A stretch of 63,179 bases of DNA, filler included, from Reticulomyxa filosa (lineage: Eukaryota; Protista; Foraminifera): NCBI GenBank assembly GCA_000512085.1. It is 18 parts of 18 records of this genome, joined end to end, with 100 filler letters (N's around TTAATTAATTAA, not from the genome) between each part and the next. Parts side by side here need not be neighbours in the genome. Positions count along the whole stretch, not along the records: positions 47,055 to 56,954 come from ASPP01021895.1; positions 57,055 to 59,416 come from ASPP01025223.1; positions 59,517 to 60,794 come from ASPP01007592.1; positions 60,895 to 61,932 come from ASPP01012697.1; positions 62,033 to 63,179 come from ASPP01005644.1; 13 more parts are not named here. One strand, 5' to 3'. Position 1 is the first letter of the stretch; the number at the start of each line of letters is the position of its first letter. The translations under genes were made by a program, and so were the position numbers. Below the pieces are notes generated by a model. It saw only the letters and a list, made by a program, of their open reading frames with translations. It was not told where the DNA came from and ran no database searches. Positions 50,467 to 63,156 of the stretch are shown piece after piece.

Positions 50467-51015
50467 CAACATAAATAACTAAAAAATCGCAACAATAATT
50501 AAATATATTGATTGTTTTTTTTTCAGTATTTTTTTGGTTTTAAAAATGTCCGTCTAATGAATCAATGTTGGTTGTGACCTCTCAGTAAACTTCTCGAAGT
50601 CAAAAGCATCTTTTAGCAAATTCAGTTTTTTCCTTTTGGCTCGATTTACAACCAAATTTACACTGTTGTCATCAGAGCGTATTTATTAGTGTTAGCTCTC
50701 TTTTGTTTTGGTGATCACAATCTTTTTGCGATTATCGATTGTATTGATCCGATCACTTATTGGTTGTAATAGAAGTTACAAATGTCTCATTTGTATCCCT
50801 CTAGTGTAATTTTTCTAACACACGGGACCACAAGTTTGAGGTATTACAAATGGATTAGCAACTAAGTACACGGAAAAAGATTTCCTATTCCTTCGGTTGA
50901 AAAAAAATATCCTAAAATAGTAGTTAAACTGAATAAAACCAAAAGATGCTTGAAACACAAACTACATATATTATTTGTGTCGTCATATAACAAACAACAC
51001 GTGTCACTTGGTAAT

Positions 51016-52213
51016 TCATTCTGCTAATTCTTGCCGAAAATCAGTCTTTTTTAGGTTCAACCACATTAAAGTGCAAAAGCTATTTTACGCAAAAAACACA
51101 GGAAATCACCCCGTATGAAAGTCAGAAACAATGTCTTAGAAAAAAAGAACCACAGATAAAAGCAAACAGAACCTCAAGAATTTTTTTAATTCGTAATGTT
51201 TCTATAAGTCGAGAGGCTATTGAATTTTCTCCAAAAATAGCTTCAGGACGATCTACTACCTCAGAATCCAAGTAGTCTAAGCCATCGTTCCACAACTCTT
51301 TCCAAGTCACTTCGCCAGTTCGAAGATCTTCCCATGTATTTTTCAACCAGTTTGTCACTTGTTTGGAAGCTTTGATCGACCATTCATAGCACTAGTAAAT
51401 GATGTATAACAATTCAAATTAATCATCTTTTGTTCCCAGCAAAGAAAAAAACATGAAAAAACAAAAGTTTTTGCTGAAAACAATTTCAATCAACTTCTTT
51501 CAAGTAAGTGAAATAGTGGCCAATCGTATTAAAAGCATTCAATACTTTGTCACGGATGCTTCTATTTTTTTTTTTTTGCACAAGTCAATCCAACCATAGT
51601 CACACGTTTCTGGAGTGGCTTACGTGTTTTTTTTGTATGTGTAGCGCGCCTGTCCGTAAGTACCTCATAATCGCAATAGTAATGGTCAAAGGCAATAACA
51701 CAAATGTCACTGCCACGCCAATGATGCTGTACAATACCACACAACCAATTTTTTACTTTTTTAACTCTTTTTCTCTCCTCTTTTCTCTCGCTTTTAGCAC
51801 AAAGAACTAACTCGGCAATAAATTTGGAAAAGGTATAATCAGTGAATTTCTCGTCCAGTCTCTTGTAGGTGTAATCCAAAAATGGCTGTCAACACATACA
51901 TCGAATTTTTTCCTCAAAACAAAAAAAAAATACGTCTTTTTTTTTCTCCTTGACACGAGGATCTAAAATACAAACCACTGTCCATCACTCAACTAAAGCC
52001 ACTTCTGAGTAAAAATTTCTTTGGGAATACACGAAGCGTTTCCATGTAAGGAGACAAAAACATCACCAATTGTTGCCATTGGTCAAATGCAGCCGAAAAA
52101 ATTCTGCTTGCGTAAGTGACAAGGCGTGATTCTTGCGACGGCTTGGTAGTGTCAGAATCAAGCGTTTCAGGTGACTTGGTTTCGTGGGTCGTTGCTGGTT
52201 TTCTTCTGGACAT
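51016..52213 (-). CDS. Hypothetical multi-exon protein, probably membrane-associated
   Basis: Collinear ORF blocks 51989-52213, ~51600-51890 and 51122-51390 with GT-AG boundaries and a hydrophobic segment. Confidence 0.55.
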
Positions 52214-54049
52214 AATTTCGAATAACTTAAAATTTAATAATAGGCAACAGAAAAAAATCGAAAAGGGAAAATGTTACGGTTCGCTTCGGCAGAAACAAAA
52301 CAACTTTTACAAAAAAAAAACTTAAGAGGTGCCAACAGTTTCCCTCATTTATCGTAGCTGCGCACTAAAATACTTCAATACGCATCAAAGAAATTAATTT
52401 AGTGCGTGGAATATACTAAAAACTTTGTTGATTTACTCGGCGCAACAAAAAAATACATTTTTTGAGATGATAAATATTATTTTAATTAGTGTCTTATTTG
52501 CAAAGTTTCGAGACACTTGTGTTCGCCAAAATAATGCATACATACTATGATTTCATTACCTAATGATGATACTTTGGAAAGAATAGACCAACACAATTAG
52601 TTTTGTTTTTATCAAAAACTTTTATAAAAAACATCAAGGCCAAACAAAACACTTCATTGGAGACGGCCGCATTATTAAATTTATACACTCTTTTGTTATA
52701 ATGTATTTTAGCCTAACTGTTGGTAAATATAATAACGTAGTATTGGTGAGTTATATTTGGTCAAAAAGACTTTGTTCTAATAATAAAGAAAAGTATTAAT
52801 ATTGATAATGCACTTTCAATTTCATTGATGGCATTGACACAATAATCAAACAAAGATCACTTATTAGTAAAAAAAACTATTGATTAAAAAAGCTCTGAAA
52901 TATTACACGCTATCGAAAATAGTAATTTTTTGTATTAACTTGCAAATAGCGAAAATGTGATTATTTACATTTAATTTGTGATTATTAGATAAACATGCAA
53001 AAAAATATCCGCGAATTTAAATTATAAACAGTTTTTGAACAAAGGAAAAACGAACTGATATTCAAAGTTGAAGTTTTTGGATATCAAAAACTGACGATTT
53101 TTTTGTGGTGACCCTGCAACAAAAAAAAATTTTTGTTTTTAAACCATTGAAAACTTTGTTCGTCTTTGACACTACCACTGAGCTAGTACATTTGTTTGTT
53201 TGTGTAAAAGAAACTATCTTTGGAATAAGACAGCAAGTTGGCAGCGGTATTCCAAAAAGAAAACGTTTTATTTTTACCTTCTTTTTTTGCATTAGCTTAT
53301 TATTTATTACTCAATTCAACTAAATCGAAATACCTTAAAACAAGCAATCGCATTGTCATATTATCAAAAAAGAAAATTATTTATTTTTATTTTTTAGAGT
53401 TGCGGGTTTGAGTGTTGATATTTGCTGTTGAAAAGAAATGCACAAAGTGTAATACGAAATTTGTTAAATAAAGAAAAATAATGATCTAAGACAAACAAGC
53501 AAAAGTGAGAAGAATAAAAGACTGATTATTGAAGTGGGTGTGAATAGGAATAAATGGAGTTCTGAAATTCACTTGGTTTCTGATAATTGTTAGTACATAC
53601 ATACTAAAAAAATGTGAAATAAAAATAACGGCGACAACAAAACAACATATTTGATGTAATCAGTTACAAACTGGTCGTTTTGTTCTCAACGAAAAATCGA
53701 CAAATTTCCTTTTTATCAAAAAAACAATGATTTCAAAAGTAAGAAAAATTTCGTTACAAAAGATTCAAAGACTAGCGGCAGTTAGTGGCAGATGCTAAAT
53801 ACTTCTTTTGAAATTGTTTTATGCTTATTCTCAGTAATTGATCACTGTGCGCATTTTTAAAAATCGAAAATTTCAGTTCAAAAGTTTTTTAAAGAATTGT
53901 CGTCATTGATGTGTCTACCGCAAAAAAGTTTAAAAGCATACTTATGAAGTGAATTGCTGTGTTTGGTTCTTCAATTTCATCACTTCACAACAAGAGAAAA
54001 GTGCCTTTTTACAGGAATTTTTGTGGGTCTCCATATTTCATCATTGAAT

Positions 54050-55321
54050 ATGGCTCAATCATCGTCCTCACAAGATTCAATTTTGGATCATTTGCCAATT
54101 CATAAATTCCATAAACCGTAAGGCTATTCACAGACATTTGTTTTGTTTTTTTTTAGTTCTTTAGCTTTGATCGACTACGATCGAGAAAAAAAAAGGAGGG
54201 CAAAACCTTCATGCTCAACCTAAACGTATAGACACTGGAATAAGCCACCATGCGTAATCCTTGCTTGTGGTTCATTTTCACCACCGACATATCTGCACTT
54301 GCGATTGTTTGGTAATATGAGAAAAGCAAAGCATATACCTATTTAAATCCTCGTGTGTGTGTGTCATATATATATGATATAAGTAAATATGTATTCCCCC
54401 TCCTCAAAAACAAAACAAACAAAAAAAAAAAAAAAAGACAAAGTATTTGTGTTTGTTGCATTCGAAGGATAGAGGAAGCCAAGAACGTATTGGAAGCAAA
54501 ATATGAAGTAATAGGCGGAATATTGAGCCCGGTGCATGATGAATATGGGAAGATGTATAAGGACTCGTTGAAAGAAGCGAACGGAAAGCAGCGCGTGGAA
54601 ATGTGTCGGCTGGCGACACAGACAAGTGATTGGATTGGTGTGAGTGACTGGGAAGCACTTGTGAGGACCGAATGGACACGTGTGGCTGTGGTCATGAACA
54701 CATTTTTCCAAGCGATAAATGGAGAAACAGCAAGGACCATTTTGGATAAAAAAGATAGCAAAGCGGAACCCCTTTTGCTTCATGCTCATGACCGCGACAA
54801 TGACAAGGAATCCAAAAGTGTCACTGACTCGGAATCGACTGAAAAAAAACATATCACACTCAAGTTTTTATGCGGAGGAGATTTGTTGGATAGCTTTTTG
54901 GTGCCCAATTTATGGCTTAACGAACATGTTTGTTTATTTGGCTTTATTTATTTGTTACGTTTAAGAGTTGCTATTGATAACTACTTTTTCAACTTTTTTT
55001 TTTTAAAAATTGTGTGTGACCCCTTTTGCTGACCTTGAAAAATAATTGAAATCAAAGGTAAAGATAATATTAGGCTATGGCATCGCCTGCATCGAAAGAG
55101 AGAATACCAATGAAAGGGAAGTCATTCGTAAACATGAAGTGCTCAGCACATATGCGCAAAACATTGATTTGATTAAGTTATCTGTGCATAATACCGTCAG
55201 CTCGAGTATTGTTCGCAAACTGCAAAAAGAACGCAAGTCAATCAAATACTTGACGGAAGATCTTGTCATCGACTTTGTCGAAAAGAATAACTTATATCGA
55301 GAGGAACAAAAGAATACTTGA
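54050..55321 (+). CDS. NMNAT: Nicotinamide/nicotinate mononucleotide adenylyltransferase
   Basis: ACGSFSPPTYLHLRLFE, GGILSPVHDEY, RVEMCRLA..SDWIGVSDWE, LCGGDLLDSF..PNLW, VSSSIVR, SIKYL; three introns. Confidence 0.95.
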
Positions 55322-55854
55322 TTGTTTTCTTTATTTTTATTTTTTTTTTGATGTTGTACACAATATCATTTGTTTTTCTTCATGTCTTCCTCGGAAGTTT
55401 TCTCTCTGCTGCAAATTTTTGCTTCACTCAATTTAAAAGAAACGGGGGACATTATCATTGACTCTTCTTTTGATTTTTTTTTGGGAGGGGTAGATTTGCT
55501 TTTTTTAAAGGTATAATGAAAAAGATTTAACAGAGTCGTAATGGACTCTATCTCCTACTTTTTTTATTCCACTCTTCTGAGGTGTTTCATTTACACAGAG
55601 CAATTGTAAGGATTAATATGTTTGAAATAGTTAAAAAGTGTCTATAGGAAAAAAATGCAATCTCGGAATTAAATAAGTTCATCTCCATGTAGATTACAAG
55701 TAAGCATACACTATATGTTATCTTATGCAGTGATGTTAATTTTTCATTAGACAGGTTTTTCTGTTTGCGCATGATTGAAACAGACAATGAGAAGAGTGGT
55801 GTCAGGAGACAGGGGGAGGGAGGGGAGGAATTGTCGTTGTGACAGTAATTCGAA

Positions 55855-56850
55855 ATGACCAGTTGCACTTTTAAGACATTGGAAGAGTTTGCAGATGATA
55901 TCTACTGGATTATATTTTCGTTTTTGGTCTTAGATGAAGCAGCAAACTTTGCGAAAGTATCAAAGCGGTGCAAAAAGGTTTCAGTCAACATACGAACAAT
56001 AGACCTGAGTACAATATACCTGCGCTATACGACCGATGAAATAAGAGGTGTGTGATTTGTAGCAACCTCAGACATTTTTTTGTTCGTGCGTCATATTTTT
56101 TTTTTTTTTTTTTTAAATGAAAACACAAGGAATGTTGAACAATTTAAATTACTCTCGAGCGCAAACATGGATAATTCCATGGCAGTACGAAGTTGCAGAC
56201 GAGTATATATATGGAAGAATGTTGGCAAACGGGACAAATGTAAGAGTATTGAAATGGACAAGCGACGAAAAGACATGGGTACCAAGGCCATGGTCCTCAG
56301 CACGACGAATAGTGAGCATGTCATTGTTGTTGTCACAAAAGACAATGTTGCCGCAATTGCAATATGTGGACATGGCATGTTTGGATGAGTCAACATCGCA
56401 AGACGTGTTAGAGATGTGCAGCGAATATTGTGTGAAGTTGCAACGATTAACAGTGAGCCCAAAGCAAGTTCAAGACTATGTGAAGAAGATGAAAGAGACG
56501 AAGACAATGCGAGGATCGATACGCGAAATGACAGTGTCGAATGACGTCTTGCCCGCACATCGCTATCAGCGTCAATACGGACTAGAGTCGCGTCGTCAGC
56601 TCTTTCTGTTGATGGACACCCATACCTTGTCACGCATGGGCATAGGACATCATTTGCAAGTGTTGGAATTCAAGCGTGTTCGATTCAACTTTGTCGGCAC
56701 GTGCGAGGCCATATACTCCACCATGAAGCAACTGACCCGATTGAAGTTGCTTTGGTGTGTCGTCGAAGAGCATATTTCAAAAAATAGGACCTTAAAGGAC
56801 ACCTTGCAATTCATCTCGTCAAAGCCTATTTTCACTGATTCGTTATCAAT
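55855..56850 (+). CDS. F-box protein with an LRR-like C-terminal region, 3' truncated
   Basis: LEEFADDIYWIIFSFLVLDEAANFAKVSKRC is F-box-like. LQYVDM / LQRLTV / LQVLEF / LTRLKL show LRR-like periodicity. Confidence 0.7.
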
Positions 56851-57062
56851 TCCATTTTTTTTTAAAAAAAAAAATAAAAAAATAAATAAATAAATATGTA
56901 TATATATATGTATATATATATACATATTTATTTATTTACCCCCCCCTTTTTTTTNNNNNNNNNNNNNNNNNNNNNNNNNNNNNNNNNNNNNNNNNNNNTT
57001 AATTAATTAANNNNNNNNNNNNNNNNNNNNNNNNNNNNNNNNNNNNNNNNNNNNACATATAC

Positions 57063-57095
<33 letters not shown>

Positions 57096-57099
57096 TTTG

Positions 57100-59416
57100 T
57101 TACCATAGGTGGGAACATAGGAGAAGCGGATTTGCTGTATAGCTCCATATCTTTGTAATCATCGTTGAATGGCAAGAGTCTGTCAGAAGTCTTACTTTCG
57201 ATTTGATAAAACTCATCCTTTGAATCCACAAATTCTTTTGCGCCTTTTTTTATATTTTTGATAATCCCCATTTTAAACATTTGCGACGCCAGTGATATTG
57301 CGTTTGCTCTGTTGTTGCCATGGTCTCTGCTTCGTTGAATCCATTCCACAATCGTCGTTCCCGACAAAGCATTCTTCTTTGACCAAAGACTTACCCTTGC
57401 GCAACCCACACATTCCATATATGTCTCTACAAAAGCAAAAGCAAAAGCAAAAACACAGTATACATTACTTACCTATGACGACTCATTTGAGCATCACTGA
57501 ACAATTTTGGAAGCTCCATGAGTAATGGATTGAGTGTGAATCTGCGATCCACAAGGTTGTATTGCGATTGCGAATGTGGTTGTGGCGTGTGCGATTTGCT
57601 TTTTTCCGAATTCAGCAATGGCAATGACTTTGCTTTGGCAACATTGCTGCCTTTTGATTCGCTGAGTCTTTGGGCTGGTACAGGTACCTTTATATATGTG
57701 TATATACATTTTGGAGTTAATCAATATATATAATGTACATATATGTATATAACCTGAACAAGCAATTGATAAAAACGATCGATTTCATCTTCAAGTAGTT
57801 CGCTGTGATTTGTCTTATCATTCTTGCCTCCAGCGTATTGAATGAAAACTCAATTGCTGGAGCTTTCTTCCTAAGATGAGCCCAGTCGATCTGCTTTGCG
57901 TGTAGGATTTGGATTGCATCCACGTGACGGCGTCTCTTCCAACAAAGCTGTCAGTGATTGTTTGGTTTTCGTATGTTCGATTCTTGATTTCAATTTCTTT
58001 GGACATTTTTTGAAGCATCATTGATGCTCTTCAATCTCCTTTGGCGACATTACGTTCTCGGATTTGTCGGAACTGACATCAGAGCTATCGTCTTTCGTCT
58101 TCGTCTCCATTTGTTTTGCTTCGCTTATTTCACTCTGACTTAGTCTTTGTTCTTTTGGATTGCTCATGGCGTTGTTGAGATTCAATACTCGATCTTTCAT
58201 CACATATCGCAAAGAACGAGCTTGGCGATGTCGTTGGGCGCCCAATGCAATATCACTGTCATCAAAAGACCCCCTTTTTTTGGCGCAGTGCGAGTCAAAG
58301 GTAACTTTTGTGATGATACAGCTGAAGTGCCGCCAATGAGCCTCGTTTGATTTCGATTTTTGGGGACTGACAGCCAGCGTCCTGATCTGCGTTTGATTGT
58401 CCATTGAAATTGAAATGAGGAGTGACTCTTCGTTGTCCCATTGCCATTGCTAGCAAATCAGGTCGAATGGGTTGAGAAGCAAATTCGTTATCGGAATCTT
58501 CTATTTCCTCTTCTTCTTCTTCTTCTTCTTCGTCTTTTTCTTTTTCTTTTTCTTTTTCTTTTTCTTTTTCTTTTTCTTTTCTTTTTCCTTTTCTTTTTCT
58601 GTTTCATCTTTTTATCTCTTTCTTTTCATCCTTTTCATCTTTTTCGTCTTGCTTTTTGTCTTCCAGATCAGTACTTTGACCATCCACATGGTCAGACATG
58701 TTGGCAGCGTCGAGTTGCGAGGACAGACTCGAACGCGAGTGCTTAGAGATTGCGGGTCCCTCGGCGGCGTTTCGACCACGTCTTGTCTATCATTGCTTTC
58801 CTGCTTGTCTTCGCGTTTGATTTCGTCTTCGCTTTGTGTGGAGGCTTTGGTGGAAAACGCAGTATCTTCTGCTGTGTGGTTGTCAGACAGTTGGTAATAC
58901 TTTGCCTCACAGCCAAATGGAACAGTGTAAACAGTACAAGAAGATACACCACATAAAAGTACCTGTTTTGCTTTTGGACAGGGAAAGGACGATATGAGGG
59001 GGAGTGATTTGTTGATGCGATCGACGTTGTCTAATATGCAGAGCATCTACAGGAACGCGTTCAATAGGTCCGAGTGACATGGATCGCGACATGGGCATTG
59101 ATAGTTTTTCTGTGGGCATACCTGCAATTAATTCACCATTGTTGTTATTGTTATTACTATTACTATTACTATTGCTATTACTTTTGTAACTGGTATTATT
59201 ATTATTGTTGCTAATGTTGCCAATGTTACTGTTACTCTCAGCAGCGTGTCCATGAGGCTGCGGACCTCTGGTGCTATCGGGCGGAGAAAACTCCACGCTG
59301 GATTCATACTTTAAATGGGCTGCACTGGTCGGGTCAAGCACTCCATGCAAACGAAGGAAGCGCAGCGTATGTTCAATATGTCCATCTTCGATCGGACCTG
59401 CAAAGTAATACAAGAA
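57100..59416 (-). CDS. Multi-DEP-domain protein, internal fragment
   Basis: DEP1: IEIKNRTY..ITDSFVGRDAVTWM...GLILGRKL. DEP2: ALSGTTIVEWI...RANAISLASQMFKMGIIKNI...FVDSKDEFYQ. An (EK)n linker lies upstream. Confidence 0.8.
58506..58600. repeat. (TTC)n/(TTTTTC)n low-complexity tract encoding E/K repeats on the minus strand
   Basis: Visible tandem hexamer and trimer runs. Confidence 0.85.
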
Positions 59417-59606
59417 NNNNNNNNNNNNNNNNNNNNNNNNNNNNNNNNNNNNNNNNNNNNTTAATTAATTAANNNNNNNNNNNNNNNNNNNNNNNNNNNN
59501 NNNNNNNNNNNNNNNNAAATAAATTAAATTTTAAAAAATTAAAAAAAAAAAAAAAATAATATATATATATATGTATATATGTGTATGTATATGTATATAA
59601 CAATAG

Positions 59607-60354
59607 GTATGGATACACGGTGTTATCTGCGATAATCGAAGAAATAACGGGCGACAAATTTATTAAGGTGTTGGACCGCGTGCTATTCACACCGCTGAAG
59701 ATGGCGCATACGCAGGGCGACACGCATGGACGATTGATCTTGCACCGCGCCAAACAATACGTCCGCGTGACGCGCCGCAAGAAACCCAAGTACTATGTGC
59801 GCCACGCAGATATGCATCCCTTGGCGAACGCACCCTTTGTTGATAACTCGTACAAGTTTGCTGGCGGAGGCATTGTGTCCACCGCCTCCGATATCGCAGG
59901 TCTGGCACATCACTGCATCTTGGGCGACTTTTTCAAGCCACACATCAAACGGCTTATGTTAGAAGAAACCACGTACACGCAAGACATACCAGATCCTCAA
60001 AATCCTGGTTTTTATTTATTTATTTTTTTAAAAAAAAAAAGAATTTATATATGTTATGTTGATGTATTGCTTTGTCGGTTATAAGGACTTACGATAGCGG
60101 AGGAAAAAAAAACTGGATATGGCAAAATTGGCTGGAGAGTTGTATATGATCATAAGAAACGCTTGAAACTGGCCGGCCATAGTGGAGGCGCGTGCGGAGG
60201 CACTTCGCACGTTGTCGTCATTCCCGACGAAGAATTGGTTGTTTGTATCTTGATCAACATGCGCGCCAATCCTCAAATTTGCTATGAAATTGCTCAGCTT
60301 TTCAGTGAAAAAGAAATACTTCGATGGGTTCCTTTCAGAAACAAACAAAATTAA
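59607..60354 (+). CDS. LACTB: Serine beta-lactamase-like protein (LACTB family), C-terminal part
   Basis: YGYTVLSAIIE, NAPFVDNSYKFAGGGIVST and GHSGGACGGTS match LACTB motifs. One GT-AG intron at ~60008-60085. Confidence 0.82.
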
Positions 60355-60660
60355 TATGCAGCAGCTTTGCCTGATTCTCCATTTTTTAACTATTTATTAC
60401 TATACCTTTTTTTTTTTTCAAGCAATCGACCAAATTGTTCCATATGAATATTGGTTTTTTTAAATTATAAATAAAAAATCAAATTTTTTCTTTAAAAGTA
60501 CATTTTCTTTTGTTTTGGTTTCCAAAACATTGTTCATCTAACGTAAATCATGAAAGAATTTCCCAAGCTTGTATCTTTACAATCCTACGAATATTTTCTT
60601 TTTCTGCAAGTGTACCATAAAAAAGAAAAATTCTTTTGAAGGGTCGGTGCAAGGCGAGCA

Positions 60661-60787
60661 ATGGTGACTTTGATCGCATTCCTGTATCTGTTGAAACAAG
60701 CGAGTGGAGCCTATTGTCTTGGCTGTGCATATGGACTCACACGCACACTCTCACAATGCGATGGAGATTCGACAGCCTGTGTCAGAG
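60661..60787 (+). CDS. Secreted Cys-rich protein, first exon only
   Basis: MVTLIAFLYLLKQASGA signal-like peptide, then YCLGC...QCDGDSTACVR and a GTAAAG donor before the spacer. Confidence 0.45.
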
Positions 60788-60894
60788 GTAAAGANNNNNN
60801 NNNNNNNNNNNNNNNNNNNNNNNNNNNNNNNNNNNNNNTTAATTAATTAANNNNNNNNNNNNNNNNNNNNNNNNNNNNNNNNNNNNNNNNNNNN

Positions 60895-61905
60895 AATAAC
60901 AATAACAATAACAATAACAATAGCAATAGCAATAGCAACGGCAGTGGCAACGACGTGGACTCGAGAAAGACACAAGTGCACGACAGCATCGCCCATTCCG
61001 AAGATCCCCTGTTTGATGAGTTTTTCAAACTCCAAAAGACCATTTTCCAATCCGACTCCTCTCACACAGCCAGTCCCACGCAGCTCCATTCCTCCGTCGA
61101 TGACGTCAAAGATACACCACGAAAGGTCTACAGTCAAGTGGCTTTTCTTTTCAAACACACACACACACACATATATACACATATATACACATATATACAC
61201 ATATGCAATGATACAAACAATATCCAACCACAAACACAAACACAGACCAAAAAAAAGGGCTTGCCGCCTTTGCAAGAGTCTCGAACTTCACCTTTTGGAT
61301 CTCTCACTTCTGTTTTTGTTTTGAGATTGTTGCGTTAAGTAGTGATATTATATACGTATACATATTATATATATATATATATATATGATATGTTTGTATA
61401 CAAAATAGAAACGGAAGAACTAAAACTGAGTCGAATTGGAGAGTACTGGTTCGAGTTCTTGAATGGCATATCGCACCGATGGAACGACACCGAACTGCTG
61501 CCAGGGATTGAAGACCTGCCCGATTATCATTGCTGCTTGCTGCATCAAAAACTGCAGCTGCTGAACGAGTGCATTCGGCGCAAGCTGGCACGGAAGAATT
61601 ATTGGCAAGTCAAAACCCAACATGCCAAAGAAACGGAGGACGTACTCCTCGGCGTGGAGAAGGAGCACCCGACGCTGAAGCTGCTCCATCACGACGACAT
61701 TCCGTTGCGCATTCCGGTGACGCAAGAGCATCGCATCTTCACGTCCGACCAATTGGAGGCGCATTGTCAAGAGTTGATCTCCTTCGGGTCGTCCTTTGAC
61801 GCGTCGCAAAAGCGAGCCGAGTTGCAAGCCAAGCAATTGAAGTCCGATATGATGGCCTTCAAGGCCGCAAATCCCAAAGGATGTTTGGAGGATTTCATTC
61901 GATGG
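60895..61905 (+). CDS. RAB3GAP1: Rab3 GTPase-activating protein catalytic subunit, internal fragment
   Basis: PDYHCCLLHQKLQLLNECI, PLRIPVTQE, and LKSDMMAFKAANPKGCLEDFIRW, the RAB3GAP1 signature. Confidence 0.92.
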
Positions 61906-62682
61906 TTGGATACACACACACACACACACACANNNNNNNNNNNNNNNNNNNNNNNNNNNNNNNNNNNNNNNNNNNNTTAATTAATTAANNNNNNNNNNNN
62001 NNNNNNNNNNNNNNNNNNNNNNNNNNNNNNNNGTTCCATAAGAGTTCAACCATGTGTGATAAGGGCTTGCCCTACAGTAAGACAGCAGTCACCAACTTAA
62101 TAATCAAAATCAAAACTTTTATGAACTTCCCTTTTCCATTGTTTTTTATTTTGACATAAATTTTTGTTTCGCCTTTTTTATATTATAATCATTGTAAAGT
62201 TGGGTGAGTTTATTTCGTTTTATTTAAACTGGGAAACTATTTGGAGATTAAGATTAAAAAAAGAGTTGTTAAGCATGTACAATAATGATATTTATATTTC
62301 CTTTTTTTTATTAGCAATTTATCAAATAAAATCTCTTGTTTGATAATTATTTTTTTCATCCCCTATTGTGTATATGTTCCACAAAAATAATTATATCATA
62401 TTCTTTTTAAAATTTTTTTTCAGTAATATAATTTATAATTTGCAGTTTAAAAACTTATTAGTTATCTTTACAAAATGTATGTTAAAAATTAACTTAACTA
62501 ATTTGATCAAGATACAATGATAAATTGCATTTTTCACATATATCACTTTTAAAGATCATAGACAAAAGTAGTAGAATTTCTTCGGAGATACAATAGAATC
62601 TATATCTCATTTAACGTTGTAGTCATTCAGATCATAAGTACACTGAGAAAGAGTTTTTTTACTTGGATTAAGACAACACGAC

Positions 62683-63156
62683 ATGACACTCTCTACAAAT
62701 ATACATGCAACAACTTGGAAAGGTCCCTTTAGTAATCAAGTTGAGGCATTTGAAGTAATCAATCGCTGGAATCAAGATTTTGGCATAGAGTTGCAATGTT
62801 GGGCGAAGGAAATAGGTGAACGTGGCAAGCGACATTTTTACTGCGCTTCTTATGAACGTTTCGTTTTTCTTTGTTATCAAGGGAGCATATAAATAAACAC
62901 AAAAGGGGGGGGGAAAAAAGAATTTTATAACTCGTACCATCGCATCAATGCAAGAAATCGTTGTTTTTACGAAGTAATCAAACAAGGCATGGCAAGAGCT
63001 TTTTTTTCAAAAAAAAAAAAAAAGACCGATCCTATTTAACAAATATTGATGTGGACACACTCGAAAACAAAAACAGGAACACCTTGTCGTTTGTATTTCG
63101 ATTTGGAATTTAAGTACGCATTGAATCCAGAAGCGGATGGAGAGGAAATGATGGAA
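62683..63156 (+). CDS. PRIMPOL: PrimPol (AEP primase-polymerase), N-terminal exons
   Basis: Spliced translation: WAKEIGERGKRHFYCASYEQFYNSY...RCFYEVIKQGTPCRLYFDLEFKYALNPEADGEEMME, containing the catalytic DxE motif (LYFDLE). Introns 62858-62920 (GT-AG) and 62987-63076 (GC-AG). Confidence 0.9.

Noticed and set aside
52280-52421. U6 snRNA-like words TCGCTTCGGCAG and ATATACTAAAA
   Set aside because: They are ~120 nt apart, and no ACAGAGA box or downstream U6 core is present.
59607-60354. Beta-lactamase as bacterial contamination or a resistance gene
   Set aside because: It has spliceosomal introns and LACTB-type motifs typical of eukaryotic homologues.
7359-61905. Apparent autophagy/trafficking cluster (BEACH, VPS9, ATG18, NBR1, RAB3GAP1)
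   Set aside because: Each gene is on a different contig joined by linkers, so adjacency is unproven, and these families are common.
1796-62032. Regularly recurring TTAATTAATTAA palindrome resembling a repeat array or CRISPR
   Set aside because: It is always embedded in exactly 44+44 Ns, so it is an artificial six-frame-stop contig linker. ORFs ending in XXX...LIN/N are artefacts of it.
62683-63156. AEP primase as a sign of a virus or mobile element
   Set aside because: It contains introns, matches cellular PrimPol, and has no viral or mobile-element neighbours.
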